64,000 bases of DNA from Mobula hypostoma (lineage: Eukaryota). Positions 1 to 13,115 of this stretch are shown here, in pieces. Both the position numbers and the translations under genes were made by a program. Under the pieces are notes generated by a model. The model saw only the letters and a program-made list of their open reading frames with translations. It was not told where the DNA came from and did not search any database. Every line of letters begins with the position of its first letter. Positions within the stretch are counted from its first letter, which is position 1. The stretch is from positions 126,172,001-126,236,000 of the forward strand of contig NC_086097.1 of assembly GCF_963921235.1 (NCBI RefSeq), given 5' to 3'.

Positions 1-994
1 ATTGCACCAATATGTTGGGCCCAAAACACATTCAAAAGTAACACTTGACGTAAGTTATTGAACTTTGAGCTTGACAATCCAAGGTTTGGTCATAGCACAA
101 AATAGTGTTTTTTTTTAAGATATTCAGCCATGAAATAATTAGCACTAGAACTGGGACAACTGACCTAGCTTTCAGATACTACTCTGATGACTACGCTGTT
201 GATTTGGGGAACTGGACTTGATGTGTTGAGATTGGGATTTGTGACCATTTCCATGTTGGAGTCATTTATTTACTTTCTTATTCCCAAACCCATATGTTCA
301 TTGTAACTGCCAATTTTTGTAGAGGCTTTAAATCTTGCTGCTTGATGTCACAAGTAGGGTGATGTAGAAGTGTCCTGGCTTGAAGCATCAACTGTTTATT
401 CATTTCCCTAGATGCTGCTTGACCTGTTGAGTTTCTCTGAGAGTGAGAGAGTGAGATTCCAGCATCTGCAGACTTTTTCATGTTTATCACAATTAAATTT
501 GTCTTCTGATCTTGTAAAAGCACATTCATGTATTTGTACTATATCTCTCTGTGTAGTGGAGAAGGTTGCAGTATTATGATGATAAAGTTTAAGGGAAAGG
601 GGATTCTCAAGATTCCTGTAAAACAATGGATTCAGTACTGACTATGTGACTGCAGTGTGTTTGAATAATGTCTCACAGCTGCTTCCTTTGGAGAAGATAA
701 GGGTTAAAGTTCACCCAGATCTACATCAGATGTCTCTGGGCTTTTCACACCTTTTGATTTTGACAAAAGGCAGTGCCTAATGGAAATTGGACAGAAAATT
801 CCTTTCCTAATGAAAGCATAAATTTGACGGATGTTCTTACCTTTGTAATTAAGTTGTGGCTCTAGCAAACCAGGTAGGACATTCTTTTCTTTAATTAAGG
901 TGGCTGGAGTGTCTAACAAATTGATTGTACTTTGTATCAATAGTCCATTGACTTGGCTGGAATAGTTATCAAACTGATCGTTCTTTTATGTCAG

Positions 995-1140
995 TGGCCT
1001 TATAACTTCTGACAATTCTGACATCGGGCAGTGAACTTGTGGAACCGCCGAGGAGATGAGAAAGGGTCTCTCCCTGATGTCGGGTCCAAGGTCACTCGCC
1101 GGCTGAGCTCGAAGAAATAAACGGGTGAAAAGACAAGTAA
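995..1140 (+). promoter_or_regulatory. Small CpG-rich patch; candidate non-coding first exon or promoter element of ATP6V1C1
   Basis: About 9 CpGs in roughly 115 bp of otherwise CpG-poor sequence, a ttataa just upstream, and possible donors (cgg|gtgaaa, caa|gtaata). No transcript evidence. Confidence 0.2.
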
Positions 1141-1786
1141 TAATCTTTTTGTGCTGTCGTTATTTGATCCAGCAAAGTTACGTTTACAATGATGTCAATT
1201 GATTCTGGCACAATCAATCAAAGGAACTTGTTTTTCATTGTAGGTACTTCAACTGAACCTTTGGCCCAATTTTTTTAAGCTTACATTTCAGCTTTGCTTT
1301 GACAGTGTCTATTCAAAAAAAAAATCAGTTGTTCAGATTATTTTTGCTAGTGGATTGTAAGCAGAATATCAGTAATGTAATCACTCAAGTCAAGTATAAT
1401 GTTCTCCTTGTCAATTGGTGGGTACCCGGGTGGTTCTAGATGCTGACCTGGGATCCACACGTTGTGGTGCAGTATTGGCAAGAGTAAATGGTGGCCATGG
1501 TTAGTGGTTGGGTCCTTTGGTTGTTCAGTCTCTCCTTTCACAGCTGTCACTTGTTCTCTGGTACAGCAGTGGTTGTTCTCATGTAGAGCATCTCGCTCCT
1601 GAACAGATTTCCTCCAGGTGTACCTATTGAGTGTAATGCCTTCCTAGTTTTTAGATGGAATGTTGAATTTATTGCCATTGATTTTGATGTTTTCTTTGAA
1701 GCATTTCCTTTGCCTATGAACAAAATATAGCATTGTTAATATGTGGTATTTGAAATTCCCTTGCTTGTTACTTTCACATCATTGTA

Positions 1787-3409
1787 CAGTGGCATGCAGA
1801 AGTTTGGACACCCCGGTCAAAATTTCTGTTACTGTGAATAGTTAAGTGAGTAGAAGATGAACTGATCTCCAAAAATCATGGTTAAAGATAAAACACTCTT
1901 TTCAACATTTTAAGCAAGATAAGTATTATTTTTGTTTTGTGCAATTTTAGAGTGGGGGAAAAAAGGAAAGGAGCACCATGCAAAAGTTTGGGCACCCCAA
2001 GAGATTTGAGCTCTCAGGTAACTTTTACCAAGGTCTCAGAGATTAATTAGCTTGTTAGGGCTATGGCTTGTTCAGTCATCGTTAGGAAAGGCCAGGTGAT
2101 GCAAATTCCAAAGCTTTATAAATACCCTGACTCCTCAAACCTTTTCCCAACAATCAGCAGCCTTAGGCTCCTCTAAGCAGCTGTCTGGCACTCTGAAAAT
2201 TAAAATAAATAATGCCCACAAAACAGGAGAAGGTTATAAGAAGATAGCAAAGCATTTTCAGATAGCAGTTTCCTCTGTTCATAATGTAATTAAGAAATGG
2301 CAGTTAACAGGAATGGTCAGGTTGAGGTCTGGAAGACCAAGAAAACTTTCTGAGAGAACTGCTGGTAGGACTGCTAGAAAGGTAAATCAAAACTCCCGTT
2401 TGACTGCAAAAGACCTTCAGGAAGATTTAGCAGACTCTGGAGTGGTGGTGCACTGTTGTACTGTGCAGCGACACCTGCACAAATATGACCTTCATGGAAG
2501 AATCATCAGAAGAAAACCTTTCCTGCATCCTCACCACAAAATTCAGTGTCAGAAGTTTGCAAAGGAACACCTAAACAAGCCTGATGCATTTTGGAATCAA
2601 GTCCTATGGACTGAAGAAGTTAAAATAGAACTTTTTGGCCGCAATGAGCAAAGGTATGTTTGGAGAAAAAAGGGTGTGGAATTTCCTAAAAAGAATACCT
2701 CTCCAACTGTTAAGCACAGGGGTGGATCGATCATGCTTTGGGCTTGTATTGCAGCCAGTGGCACGGGGAACATTTCACTGGTAGAGGGAAGAATGAATTC
2801 AATTAAATACCAGCAAATTCTGGAAGCAAACATCACACTGTATGTAGTTTAAAAAAAAAAGCTGAAGACGAAAAGAGGATGGCTTCTACAACAGGATAAT
2901 GATCCTAAACACACCTCAAAATCCACAATGGGCTACCACAAGTGGTGCAAGTGGAAGGTTCTGCCATGGCCCTCACAGTCCCCCGACCTAAACATCATTG
3001 AAAATCTGTGGATGGACCTCAAAAGAGCAGTGCATGCAAGATGTCCCAAGAATCTCACAGAACTAGAAGCCTTTTGCAAGGAAGAATGGGCGAAAATCCC
3101 CCAAACAAGAATTGAAAGACTCTTAGCTGGCTACAGAATGCGTTTACAAGCTGTGATACTTGCCAAAGTGGGTGTTACTAACTAGTGACCATGCAGGGTG
3201 CCCAAACTTTTGCTTTGGGCCCTTTTCCTTTTTTGTTATTTTGAAACTGTAAAAGATGGAAATAAAAAAAGTAACCTTGCTTAAAATATTAAAAGAAATG
3301 TGTGATCTTTAACTTTATGCTTTTTGGAAATCAGGTCATCTTTTACTCGCCTAGCTATTCACAGTAACAGAAATTTTGACCGGGGTACCCAAACTTTTCC
3401 ATGCCACTG
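1787..3409 (+). mobile_element. Full-length Tc1-family DNA transposon (IR/DR type) with decayed transposase
   Basis: TA|CAGTGGCATGCAGAAGTTTGGACACCCCGGTCAAAATTTCTGTTACTGTGAATAG...matching inverted end ...CATGCCACTG|TA. About 200-bp TIRs with an inner direct repeat (tgcaaaagtttgggcaccc). Transposase motifs [30 protein letters not shown]; start codon lost and frame broken near 2850. Confidence 0.95.
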
Positions 3410-4874
3410 TATTTTGTAAAACAAAAAATAATCATATTTTCCTTTATTGTATCCTTTTTAACGGGCAAGGTTAAAAGCAGTAAATGTCTTTCAACTTTGA
3501 ATGGAATTAAGCTGAGAGTTTTAATGTGGACCTGCATGGATTAGTTCAAATTATTTTTGTAAATTTGTCTTTTGCAGTAAAAATAAATAGAAATCCTATC
3601 TGCTCTGGATTCTTTGAGTTCAAAATTAACATTTGAATTCACTGGTCATGCAGTTAGGCTTGCGCGGACTCCTAACAAGATTTTAAAAAGGAGATTTTTT
3701 ATTTTGTCATACTATATTTTAATTAACTTGATACAGTTTAGAAAATGATTAGTGCATACAAATATCAGAGTTTCAAAATTGTACACATGTTTTCTTAAAT
3801 GGGTTAGCCTAGGAGGTTTGAGTAATGTGGGGAAAAATGAAAACAGAAATAGAAAGCTATGGTAGGTGGGGAAGTTGCTGTCAGCCTTGTGTGTATTTGA
3901 AGAAGTGAAAATTCAGAGATTTCATTGTGTAATATGATTTGTTAATATTTCTCAGGATGTTTGAAATTAGTTTTTCCAAGTATTCTGGAGTTGGTGCAGA
4001 ATTTTAAGAATCTTTTCCTTCTTGGGTAGAATGAGCAAAGAGTGTCACTAGAACTGATTTTTATCAGCTGTTGCTTGAGAGACAATTAAAATGAGGATTT
4101 TATTTTCTAAATGTTTGGATTTTCTTTTACCCTGGTATTTTCAAAGCATTTAAAGGAACTGATTCTAACAGAGCTGCAAGTTTTGCCATGCTGTAATCTC
4201 TAAGTCATGACTGATGACTGTCTGTTGGTGAACTTTTATAGTAATCACTTGGCCACAACAGAATCTTTACCCAACGTCTACACTTGTATTCCTCCTTGGA
4301 GTCCCTCCAGACTTTTTCCCCATTTTTGTCTGCATATCAAAGTCAATTGTTAGACTTTGTCAGTGTAGCTGCTTGGTTAGTCACATTGAACTCCAGATCT
4401 TCCTTTGCCAGCTGAGCAATCAGGGGTGATGTTAAATTCATAGATGAAAATGTTTGATGCCTAATGCCTCGTTCTCCCTGTAATTATTGGTTGTAACTTT
4501 TAAAATAACCTAAGGTAATTTAGTAGATCTGTAACTTTGAACAGATGATAATTCTAAAGATAAATCTCAAAAGGCCAGATTGGTTAATTGTAGTGAAGAT
4601 TCTAAGTTGCATCTCCAAATTGATAAGTAACATGGATATGAAATAGATTGTGCCACTATTCAAAAAAAGAACAAAGACCTCTCATTGTGGAACAATTCAG
4701 AATCAGGTTTATTATCACTGACATGTTGTGAAAGTTGTTTTGTGGCAGCAGTACAAATACATAAAATACAATGGGTTACAAATGTATGCATATACAGATA
4801 TATGTACTTTTATAGATAAATGCATAGCTACTTTTATATGCATGTGTTATATATACACGTACATGCACGCAATG

Positions 4875-5215
4875 GTTGTCCATCGTATCCGATGATGACA
4901 GGAAGCCTGTATGGGAGAGTTTTTAAATTGGAAAAGCCATTGTACTGAGGCAGTTCCACTCTCTAGACCTTAGAAGTCTGGGTCCAGTGGTACGAACAAG
5001 TGTCACAAACTGGGGTCTTCCCTGCTTGCAGTGGATGACCATGTCATTTTCTGTGCCTCTCCATGCTTTTTGCTCTTCATGGAGATGTGCAGTAGTGCCT
5101 TCCTGGCGGTTGGATCTCACTGTAGATCTCATCTGCCCTGTCGCTGGAGCTGACTTTGCATGCTAGGACAGATGACAGGTGTGTCCCTATCTCACCAGGG
5201 AATGGTGCTGCCTCT
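4875..5215. mobile_element. Degenerate interspersed repeat (SINE/LINE-UTR-like)
   Basis: Shares gggtccagtggtac and neighbouring motifs with 48290-48560. Confidence 0.35.
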
Positions 5216-5244
5216 AAGTGGTGTACATACACACATATACATAC

Positions 5245-8200
5245 ACCTGAACCGGAGTGGTACTAATATCCTAGAAGGAAGGTTTGCTAATGTTGCATGG
5301 GGGTGGGGGGGTGGCGGTGGTTAAAGGGAACCAGAGTGCCACAACAGATGCTGGAGAGGTTGTGGCAAAAGATGTTGTCAATACCTCAGACAGTCAGGAT
5401 TCAAAAAGTTGAGCATGGTGCAACTTATGTCCGGAGCTGCGTATATTTCAATGCAAGAAGTATTGTAGGGAAGGCAGATAAGCTTGGGGCATGGATCAAC
5501 ACATGGAAGTATGATATTGTAGTCATCAGTGGTTGCAGGAGAGGCAGGACTGGCAGCTCATTATTCCGTGGGCCCACTGTTTTAGACGCAACAGTAGGAG
5601 TGATTAAAGGGAAGGGGTGGCATTACTAGTCAGGGAAAATGTCAAGGCAGGGCTCAGTCAGGACAGACTGGAGAACTCGGATAGTGGAGCTGAGAAATAA
5701 GAAAGGTATGACCATATTAATGGGGCCATATTACAGACTACCCAACAGTCTGCGGTATGTAGAGGAACAAATTTGTGGAGAGGTCATGAACTGTTGCAAG
5801 AAACATAGGTTGTTATAGCAGGTAATTTTAACTATCCACATATAGACTAGGTCTCCCTCACTGTAAAAGGATAGTTTGTCTAATGTGTTCAGTAAAATTT
5901 CCTAAATCAGTGCATGTAACTCCCAAAGAGGGTGCGATACGTGATCTTTTAGGGAATGAGACAGGGTAAGTGACGGAAGTTTGTGTAGGGGAACACTTTG
6001 CATCTGCAGATCATGATGCCATTAGTTTCAAAGTAAATATGGAAAAGATGGGTCTGATCGGCAGGTTGAAATTCTAAATTGGAGAAAGTCCGATTTTGAT
6101 GGCATCAGAAAGGATCTGGCAAGTGTGAATTGGGACAGGGTGTTTTCTGGCAAAGGTATACTAGAGAAGTGGGAGGTCTTCAAAAGTGAAATTTTGAGTA
6201 CAAAGCTTGTATGTTCCTGTCAGAATAAAAAGCAAGGATACCAGGTTTAGAGAACCATGGTTTTCAAGAGATATTGGGGCCCTCATTAAAAGAAAGAAAG
6301 AGGTGCCTAACAGGTATAGGCAGGTAGGAACAAATGAGGTACTCACGTACAAGAAATGCAAGAGAATGAAGTCAGGAGGGCTAAAAGAAGACATGAGGTG
6401 GCCCTAGCAGACAAGGTAAAGGAGAATCCCAAGGATTTCTACAGATACGTTAAGAGCAAAAGGATTACAAGGGACAAATCTGATCCTTTGGAAGATCAGA
6501 ATGGTAATCTATGTATGGAGCCAAAAAAGATGGGGGAGATCTTAAACAAATTTTTTTGCAACTATATCATCTCAGAAGATGGACGCAGAGTCTACAGAGG
6601 TGAGGCAAAGCAGCTGTGTGTCCCTACACAGATTACAGAGAAGGAGGTGTTTGTTGTCTTGTGGCAAATTAGGGTGGATAAATCCCCAGAGACTGGCAAG
6701 ATGTTCTCTTAAACCCTGTGGGAAGCAAGTACAGAAATTACAGGGGTCCTAGCAGAGATATTTAAATCACTCCTACTAGAGGATTGAAGGATAGCTAATG
6801 TTGTTCCTCTGTTTAAGAAAGGCTCTAAAAATAAACCAAGAAATTATAGGCCAGTGAGCCTAACATCAGTAGTGGGAAAGTTATTGAGGGTACATGTGTC
6901 CCCCGCTTTTTGAACGTTCGCTTTACGAAACCTCGCTGTTGCGAAAGACCTACATTAGTTACCTGTTTTTGCTAACAGAAGGTGTTTTCACTGTTACGAG
7001 AAAAGGCAGCGCGCGAGAAAAGCAGCGCACTATAAAAGGCAGCATGCATCCCGAGCAGCCAAGCTCCTCCCGTGGAACTGCATTCTAGCCGGCATTGCTT
7101 AAGCACGTGTCTGTGAGCAGCTGTTAGCAAGATGAGTTCTGAGGTATCGGAAAAGCCTGAAAGAGCTCGTAAGTGTGTAACACTTAGCGTAAAACTAGAC
7201 ATAATTAACCGTTTTGATCGTGGTGAATGAAGTAAAGACAAAGTGAGTTTGGCTTGTGGAAGTTTACGAAGATTATGTTGAAGAGGTTTTGGCATCCCAT
7301 AACCAAGAACTGTTAGATGAAGAACTGATGCAATTGAAAGAGGAAAGGATAACAATCGAAACCGAATGCAGTAGCGAACAGACTGAAAGTGAAGTCGTCT
7401 AGGAACTGAACGTGAAGCAACTGCTTGAGATTTTCGCTGCAATTGACAACAATGATTGCAGAAAAGTACAACTTTAATTTTGAAAGGGTATGTAGGTTTA
7501 GGGCATATTTGCAGGATGTTTTGAGTGCTTACAAAGAACTGTATGATAGAAAAATGCGCGAGGCTAAGCAGTCAAGCACACTGTCGTTTTTCAAGCCTTC
7601 CACATCAGCCACAGCAGACGACAAACCTCAACCTTTGACATCGAGGCAGGCAGACATAGAAGAAGATGACCTGCCTGCCCTGATGGAAACAGATGATGAT
7701 GAGATGACACCCCAGTGTCCCTCCGCCCCAACCCCTGGGTCGCGGACCGATACATTGCTGCGGAGAATGCAGTGGTAGCCGGGACGTACCCAGCACATCT
7801 TTAAGAAAAAACTGAAATAAACAAGCTAATTAATTAGGTGCCGCCCAGTATGTAAATGTCGGCCCAGATCAGAGGTGATTGCCGATTGCGTCACCTCTGA
7901 TCTAATCCAGCATTTACGTGCTGGGCGGCACCTTATTAATTAACTTGTTTATTTTGGCTTTTTTTTTTAAAGATGTGCTGGGTGCGTCCTGGCTACTGCT
8001 GCATTCTTTGCGGATTGGTATCGGTTGCTGCCCGGAGGTTGGGGACCACTGCACCACCCCAACCTCCGACTCAGCCTAACACACCATCATCATCAGTGTG
8101 CTCGGTGCTGTCTTCCCAATTCCGGTAAGTGATACTACACTATACATACATTATTTCTACTCTATATAGGCTGTGTATTTTTATGTGTTATTTGGTATGA

Positions 8201-9197
8201 TTTGGCAGCTTCATAGCTTAAAGGTTACTGGAGAGAGTGTTTCTGCCGAGAGCGCTTGCGTGAGATTTTCGCTACGGAGAACAGTGCGGCAATGATTGTA
8301 GGAAGGTACTTCTACTTCATATAGGCTGTGTATTTATCATATCATTCCTGCTTTTACTATATGTTACTGTTATTTTAGGTTTTATTTGTTATTTGACATG
8401 ATTTGGTAGGTTATTTTTTTGGCTCTGCGAACGCTCACAAATTTTTCCCATATAAATAAATGGTAATTGCTTCTTCACTTTACGACATACCGGCTTACAA
8501 ACCGTTTCATAGGAATGCTGTACCTTTGGATGGTGGGGGAAACCTGTATTCAAAGGGACTGGATACGAGTATTTGGATAGACATGGACTGATTAGGGATA
8601 GACAGCATGACTTTGTGTGGTAGGTCATGTCTAACCAATCTTAAAATTTTTTGGGAAAAGTTACTGGTAAAGTTGATGAAGATAAGGCAATGGATCTGAC
8701 AGTGAACATGAACATGTGATAAGGTCCCACATGGGAGATTGGTCAAGAAGGTTCAGTTATTCAGCTTTCAATGAGGGAGTAAATTGGATTAGACATTGGC
8801 TTTGTGGGAGAAACCAGAGAGTGGCAGTAGATGGTTGTCTCTCTGACTGGCGGCCTGTGTCTAGTGGAGTGCTGCAGGGATTGGTGCTGAGTCTGTTGTA
8901 CTTTTTTTAATCAGTGATCTAGATGATGTGGTTAACTGGATCAGCAAATTTGTGTATAACACCAAGATTGGGGGTGTAGTGGACAGCAAGGAAAACTTGT
9001 CAGAGCTTGCAGCGGGATCTGGACCAGATGGAAAAATGGTGTAAGGAACTTAACGCAGAAAAGTGCAAGCTGTTGGACTTTGGTAGGACCAACCAGGGTA
9101 GAACTTTCACAGTGAATGATAGGGCACTGAGGAATGCAGTCAAACAAAGGGATCTGGGAATACAGGTCCATAATTCATTGGAAGTAGTGCACAGATA
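5245..9197 (+). mobile_element. Decayed CR1 LINE (ORF1 end plus ORF2 endonuclease/RT), split by a pogo-like element
   Basis: Broken-frame motifs CVYFNARSI (APE endonuclease), REPWFSRDI, NPKDFYRYV, NYRPVSLTSVVGK, QRVAVDGCLSDWRPVSSGV. Confidence 0.92.
6893..8546 (+). mobile_element. pogo/Tigger-like non-autonomous DNA transposon, copy 1
   Basis: TA|CATGTGTCCCCCGC...GGGGGAAACCTG|TA. Transposase remnants: an N-terminal HTH-like stretch (RKCVTLSVKLDIINRF) and an acidic C-terminus. Removing it restores the CR1 host sequence. Confidence 0.88.
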
Positions 9198-9356
9198 GGG
9201 TCCTGCATCAGCAAGGTCTCTTCCAAACAAATTTTGCAGCACACAGGAGCTTCCAGATGTGCTCTTCTGAAGAAGTACAAAGAAATAGGCAAGGTTGAGG
9301 ACAAGAAATGCAGTAGTCGACCATGGAAACTGGATGCTTCAGATGAGAGATACATA
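9198..9356 (+). mobile_element. Fragment of a second Tc1 family (N-terminal paired-like HTH)
   Basis: Reads LHQQG...TGASRCALLKKYKEIGKVEDKKCSSRPWKLDASDERYI, which is Tc1-like but differs from the flanking family. Confidence 0.7.
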
Positions 9357-10853
9357 AGCAAGAGTAGTATATTATTTTTGTTTTGTACAATTTTAGAGTG
9401 GGGGGGGGAGGAAAGGAGCACTATGCAAAAGTTTGGGTACCCCAAGAGATTTGAGCTCTCAGATAGCTTTTACCAAGGTCTCAGACCTTAATTAGGTTGT
9501 TAGGGCTATGGCTATGGCTTGTTCACAGTCATCGTTAGGAAAGGCCAGGTGATGCAAATTTCAAAGCTTTATAAATACCCTGACTCCTCAAACCTTGTCC
9601 CAACAATCAGCAGCCGTGGGCTCCTCTAAGCAGCTGCCTAGCACTCTGAAAATTAAACTGATGCCCACAAAGCAGGAGAAGGCTATAAGAAGATAGCAAA
9701 GCATTTTGAAGTAGCCGTTTCCTCAGTTCATAATGTAATTAAGAAATGGCAGTTAACAGGAACGGTCAAGTGGAGGTCTGGAAGACCAAGAAAACTTTCT
9801 GAGAGAACTGCTGGTAGGATTGCTAGAAAGGCAAATCAAAACCCCTGTTTGACTGCAAAAGACCTTCAGGAAGATTTAGCAGACTCTGGAGTGGTGGTGT
9901 ACTGTTGTACTGTGCAGCGACACCTGCACAAATATGACCTTCATGGAAGAGTCATCAGAAGAAAACCTTTCCTGCATCCTCACCACAAAATTCAGTGTCA
10001 GAAGTTTGCAAAGGAACATCTAAACAAGCCTGATCCATTTTGGAAACAAATCCTGTGGAGTGAAGTTAAAATAGAACTTTTTGGCCGCAATGAGCAAAGG
10101 TATGTTTGGAGAAAAAAGGGTGCAGAATTTCCTGAAAAGAACACCTCTCCAACTGTTAAGCACAGGGGTGGATCGATCATGCTTTGGGCTTGTGTTGCAG
10201 CCAGTGGCACGGGGAACATTTCACTGGTAGAGGGAAGAATGAATTCAATTAAATACCAACAATTTCTGGAAGCAAACATCACACTGTCTGTAGTTTTCTT
10301 TAAAAAAAGCTGAAGATGAAAAGAGGATGGCCTCTACAACAGGATAATGATCCTAAACACACCCAAAACCCACAATGGACTACCTCAAGAGGCGCAAGTG
10401 GAAGGTTTTGCCATGGCCCTCACAGTCCCCGACCTAAACATCATCGAAAATCTGTGGATGGACCTCAAAAGAGCAGTGCATGCAAGATGTCCCAAAAATC
10501 TCACAGAACTAGAAGCCTTTTGCAAGGAAGAATGGGCAAAAATCCCCAAACAAGAATTGAAAGACTCCTAGCTGGCTACAGAAAGCGTTTACAAGCTGTG
10601 ATACTTGCCAAAGGGGGTATTACTAAGTACTGACCATGGAGGGTGCCCAAACTTTTGCTTTGGGCCCTTTTCCTTTTTTGTTATTTTGAAACTGTAAAAG
10701 ATGGAAATAAAAAAAGTGATCTTGCTTAAAATATTAAAGAAATGTGTCATCTTTAACTTTATGCCTTTTGGAAATCAGGTCATCTTTCACTCGCTTAGCT
10801 ATTCACAGTAACAGAAATTTTGACTGGGGTGTCCAAACCTTTGCATGCCACTG
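9355..10853 (+). mobile_element. Tc1 copy 2 (same family as 1787-3409), left TIR truncated
   Basis: Collinear with 1911-3409; intact right end ...CATGCCACTG|TA; transposase frameshifted. Confidence 0.93.
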
Positions 10854-10855
10854 TA

Positions 10856-12465
10856 AGTCTCCAAGTACCACGAAGCTTCATCCTTAATAATAGACTCCAA
10901 CACTTCCCCAGCCACTGAGGTTAGGCTAACTGGCCTATAAATTCCTTTTGTGTTCCTCCCCTCTTAAAGAGTGGAGTGACATTTGCAATTTTCCAGTCCT
11001 TCAGGACTGTGCCAGAATCAAATGGTTCTTGAAAGATCATGACCAATGCATCTGTTATCTCTTCAGCAGCCTCTCTCAGGACTCTGAAATGTAGTTTGTC
11101 TGGCCCAGGTGACTTAATCACCTGAAGCACTTTGAGTTTTCCTGCATGTTTTCCTTTGTAATAGCAGTGGCACTCACTCCTTCTCGCTGACACTCATGGA
11201 CTTCTGGCACACTGCTGGTGTCTTCCATAATGAAAACTGATGCAAAGTACTCATTAAGTTCCTCCATCATTTCTTTGTCCCCCAATACTACCTCACCAGC
11301 TTTATATTATTGGCTAGTCTGCCCTCATCTTTCACCTTTTCCCTTTTTGTAGCTTTTTTAGTTGCCTTTTGTTGGATTTTAAAAGCTTCCCAATCGTCCA
11401 ACTTCCTACTAATTTTTTTGCTACCTAGTATGCCCTTTCTTCGGCTTTTGTGCAGCCCTTGGCTTCCCTTGTCAGCCACAGTTGCCTACCCCTGCTATTT
11501 GAGAACTACTTCTGTGGGACATATCTATACTGTGCCTTCTGAACTATTCCCAGAAACTTCAGCCGTCTCTGCTCTGCTGTCATCCCTGCCGGTATCCTCC
11601 TCCAATCCACCTGGGCAAGCTCCGCTCTCATGCCTCTAATTCCCTTTTATACCATTGTGATACTGATTCATGTGTCTTGTGCTTCTCCCTCAAAATTGCA
11701 GGATGAATTCAATCATATTATGATTACAGTATCCTAAGGGTTCCTTTACATTAAGCTCCCTAATAAAATCTGGGTTATTACACAACACCCAATCCAAGAT
11801 AGCCTTTCCCCGAGTGGGCTTAAGCACAAGCTGCTCTAAAAGGCCATCTCACAGCAACAAATTCCTCTCTTGCAATCCAACAGCAACCTGATTTTCCCAA
11901 TCCCCTTGCGCATATTGAAGTCCCCCATTACAATTGTGACATTACTGTTAATGTCTTTTCTAGCTCCCTTTGTCATCTCAACCCCACACCTTGGCTACTG
12001 TTTTGAGGCCTGTATATGATTCCCATAATGGTATTTTTTAACCCTTGCGGTTTCTTAACTCCACCCACAGATTCAACATTCTCTGACCCTATGTCACCTT
12101 TCTGTAAAGAAGTAATTTCATCTCTTACCAGCAGAGCTATACCACTGCCTATACCCTTCTGTAAAGAAGTAATTTCATCTCTTACCAGCAGAGCCATACC
12201 ACTGCCTATGCCTTTCTGCCTGTCCTTTCCATACAAAGTTTGTTAAGCTCCCAATTATGGACACTTTTGAGCCACGACTCAGTGATGCCCACAACGTCAT
12301 ACCAGTCAATCTGTAATTATACCATGAGTTTGTCCACCTTATTCCAATTGCTATGTGCATTTAAGTACAGCATCTTCAGTCCTATATTCTTTGCCCTTTT
12401 GAATTTTGCCTCTGTGGTACAATTCAACTGTCTGCATTTGTACCCAATCATTGGCTTGTCCTGAG
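10856..12465 (-). mobile_element. Decayed CR1 LINE ORF2 fragment
   Basis: Minus-strand KSPGPDKLHFRVLREAAEEI, DWKIANVTPLFK, IMGIIYRP; internal ~57-bp tandem duplication at about 12097-12210. Confidence 0.88.
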
Positions 12466-12948
12466 TTGTTGAAGTTATTTGCTGTATGTCCAAACCCCAA
12501 AAATGCTCTAACAGATGGGATTCCCTTTGTTTATTTGGGACACAATGCTGTTTAATTAGGACAGTAGACTGTTACCAAACAGCTTCTAGCTAGTATCTGC
12601 TGTATTATACCAAGTAGGAGGGGAGAGAGAGTCTGGGGTTTAGGTTGAAAATCTTTCAGCGGAATGGTTAGAAATAATGCTCAGATGTGAAAAAGATGGA
12701 AAGTTGAGAAAAACACAAATGGTGATAGGGTGGAAGATGAGAGAAATTAAATGACGAGTGAAAGTGCAAACTGAGAAAGGTGATAATATTCCCAATGCTT
12801 CATAATATTTCCAGAATCTTAAGTAATTTGCTTTTAAATGAATGAGCAATTTTAAATTTGTGACTAGAGAAATAATTCTAGGTATTGATGCATAAGGTAA
12901 AACCTTGAATTTCTATTGCACTAATTAAGTTTTATCATCTTATTTCAG

Positions 12949-13115
12949 TATCTCAATCTTGCAAACCATTTACTTATTTGAGGATGACAGAATTTTGGTT
13001 AATATCTGCTCCTGGAGAAAAAACGTGTCAACAGACATGGGACAAATTAAATGTTGCAACTACGAGGAGCAATAATCTCTCTACCAACTTCAAGTTTTCA
13101 ATTCCAGATTTGAAG
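12949..13115 (+). CDS. ATP6V1C1: ATP6V1C1 first coding exon (35-nt 5'UTR part 12949-12983; CDS 12984-13115)
   Basis: Acceptor tatttcag|, ATG at 12984, reads [44 protein letters not shown], donor |gtatgt at 13116. Recognised as the V-ATPase C1 N-terminus; 132 coding nt, phase 0. Confidence 0.97.
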
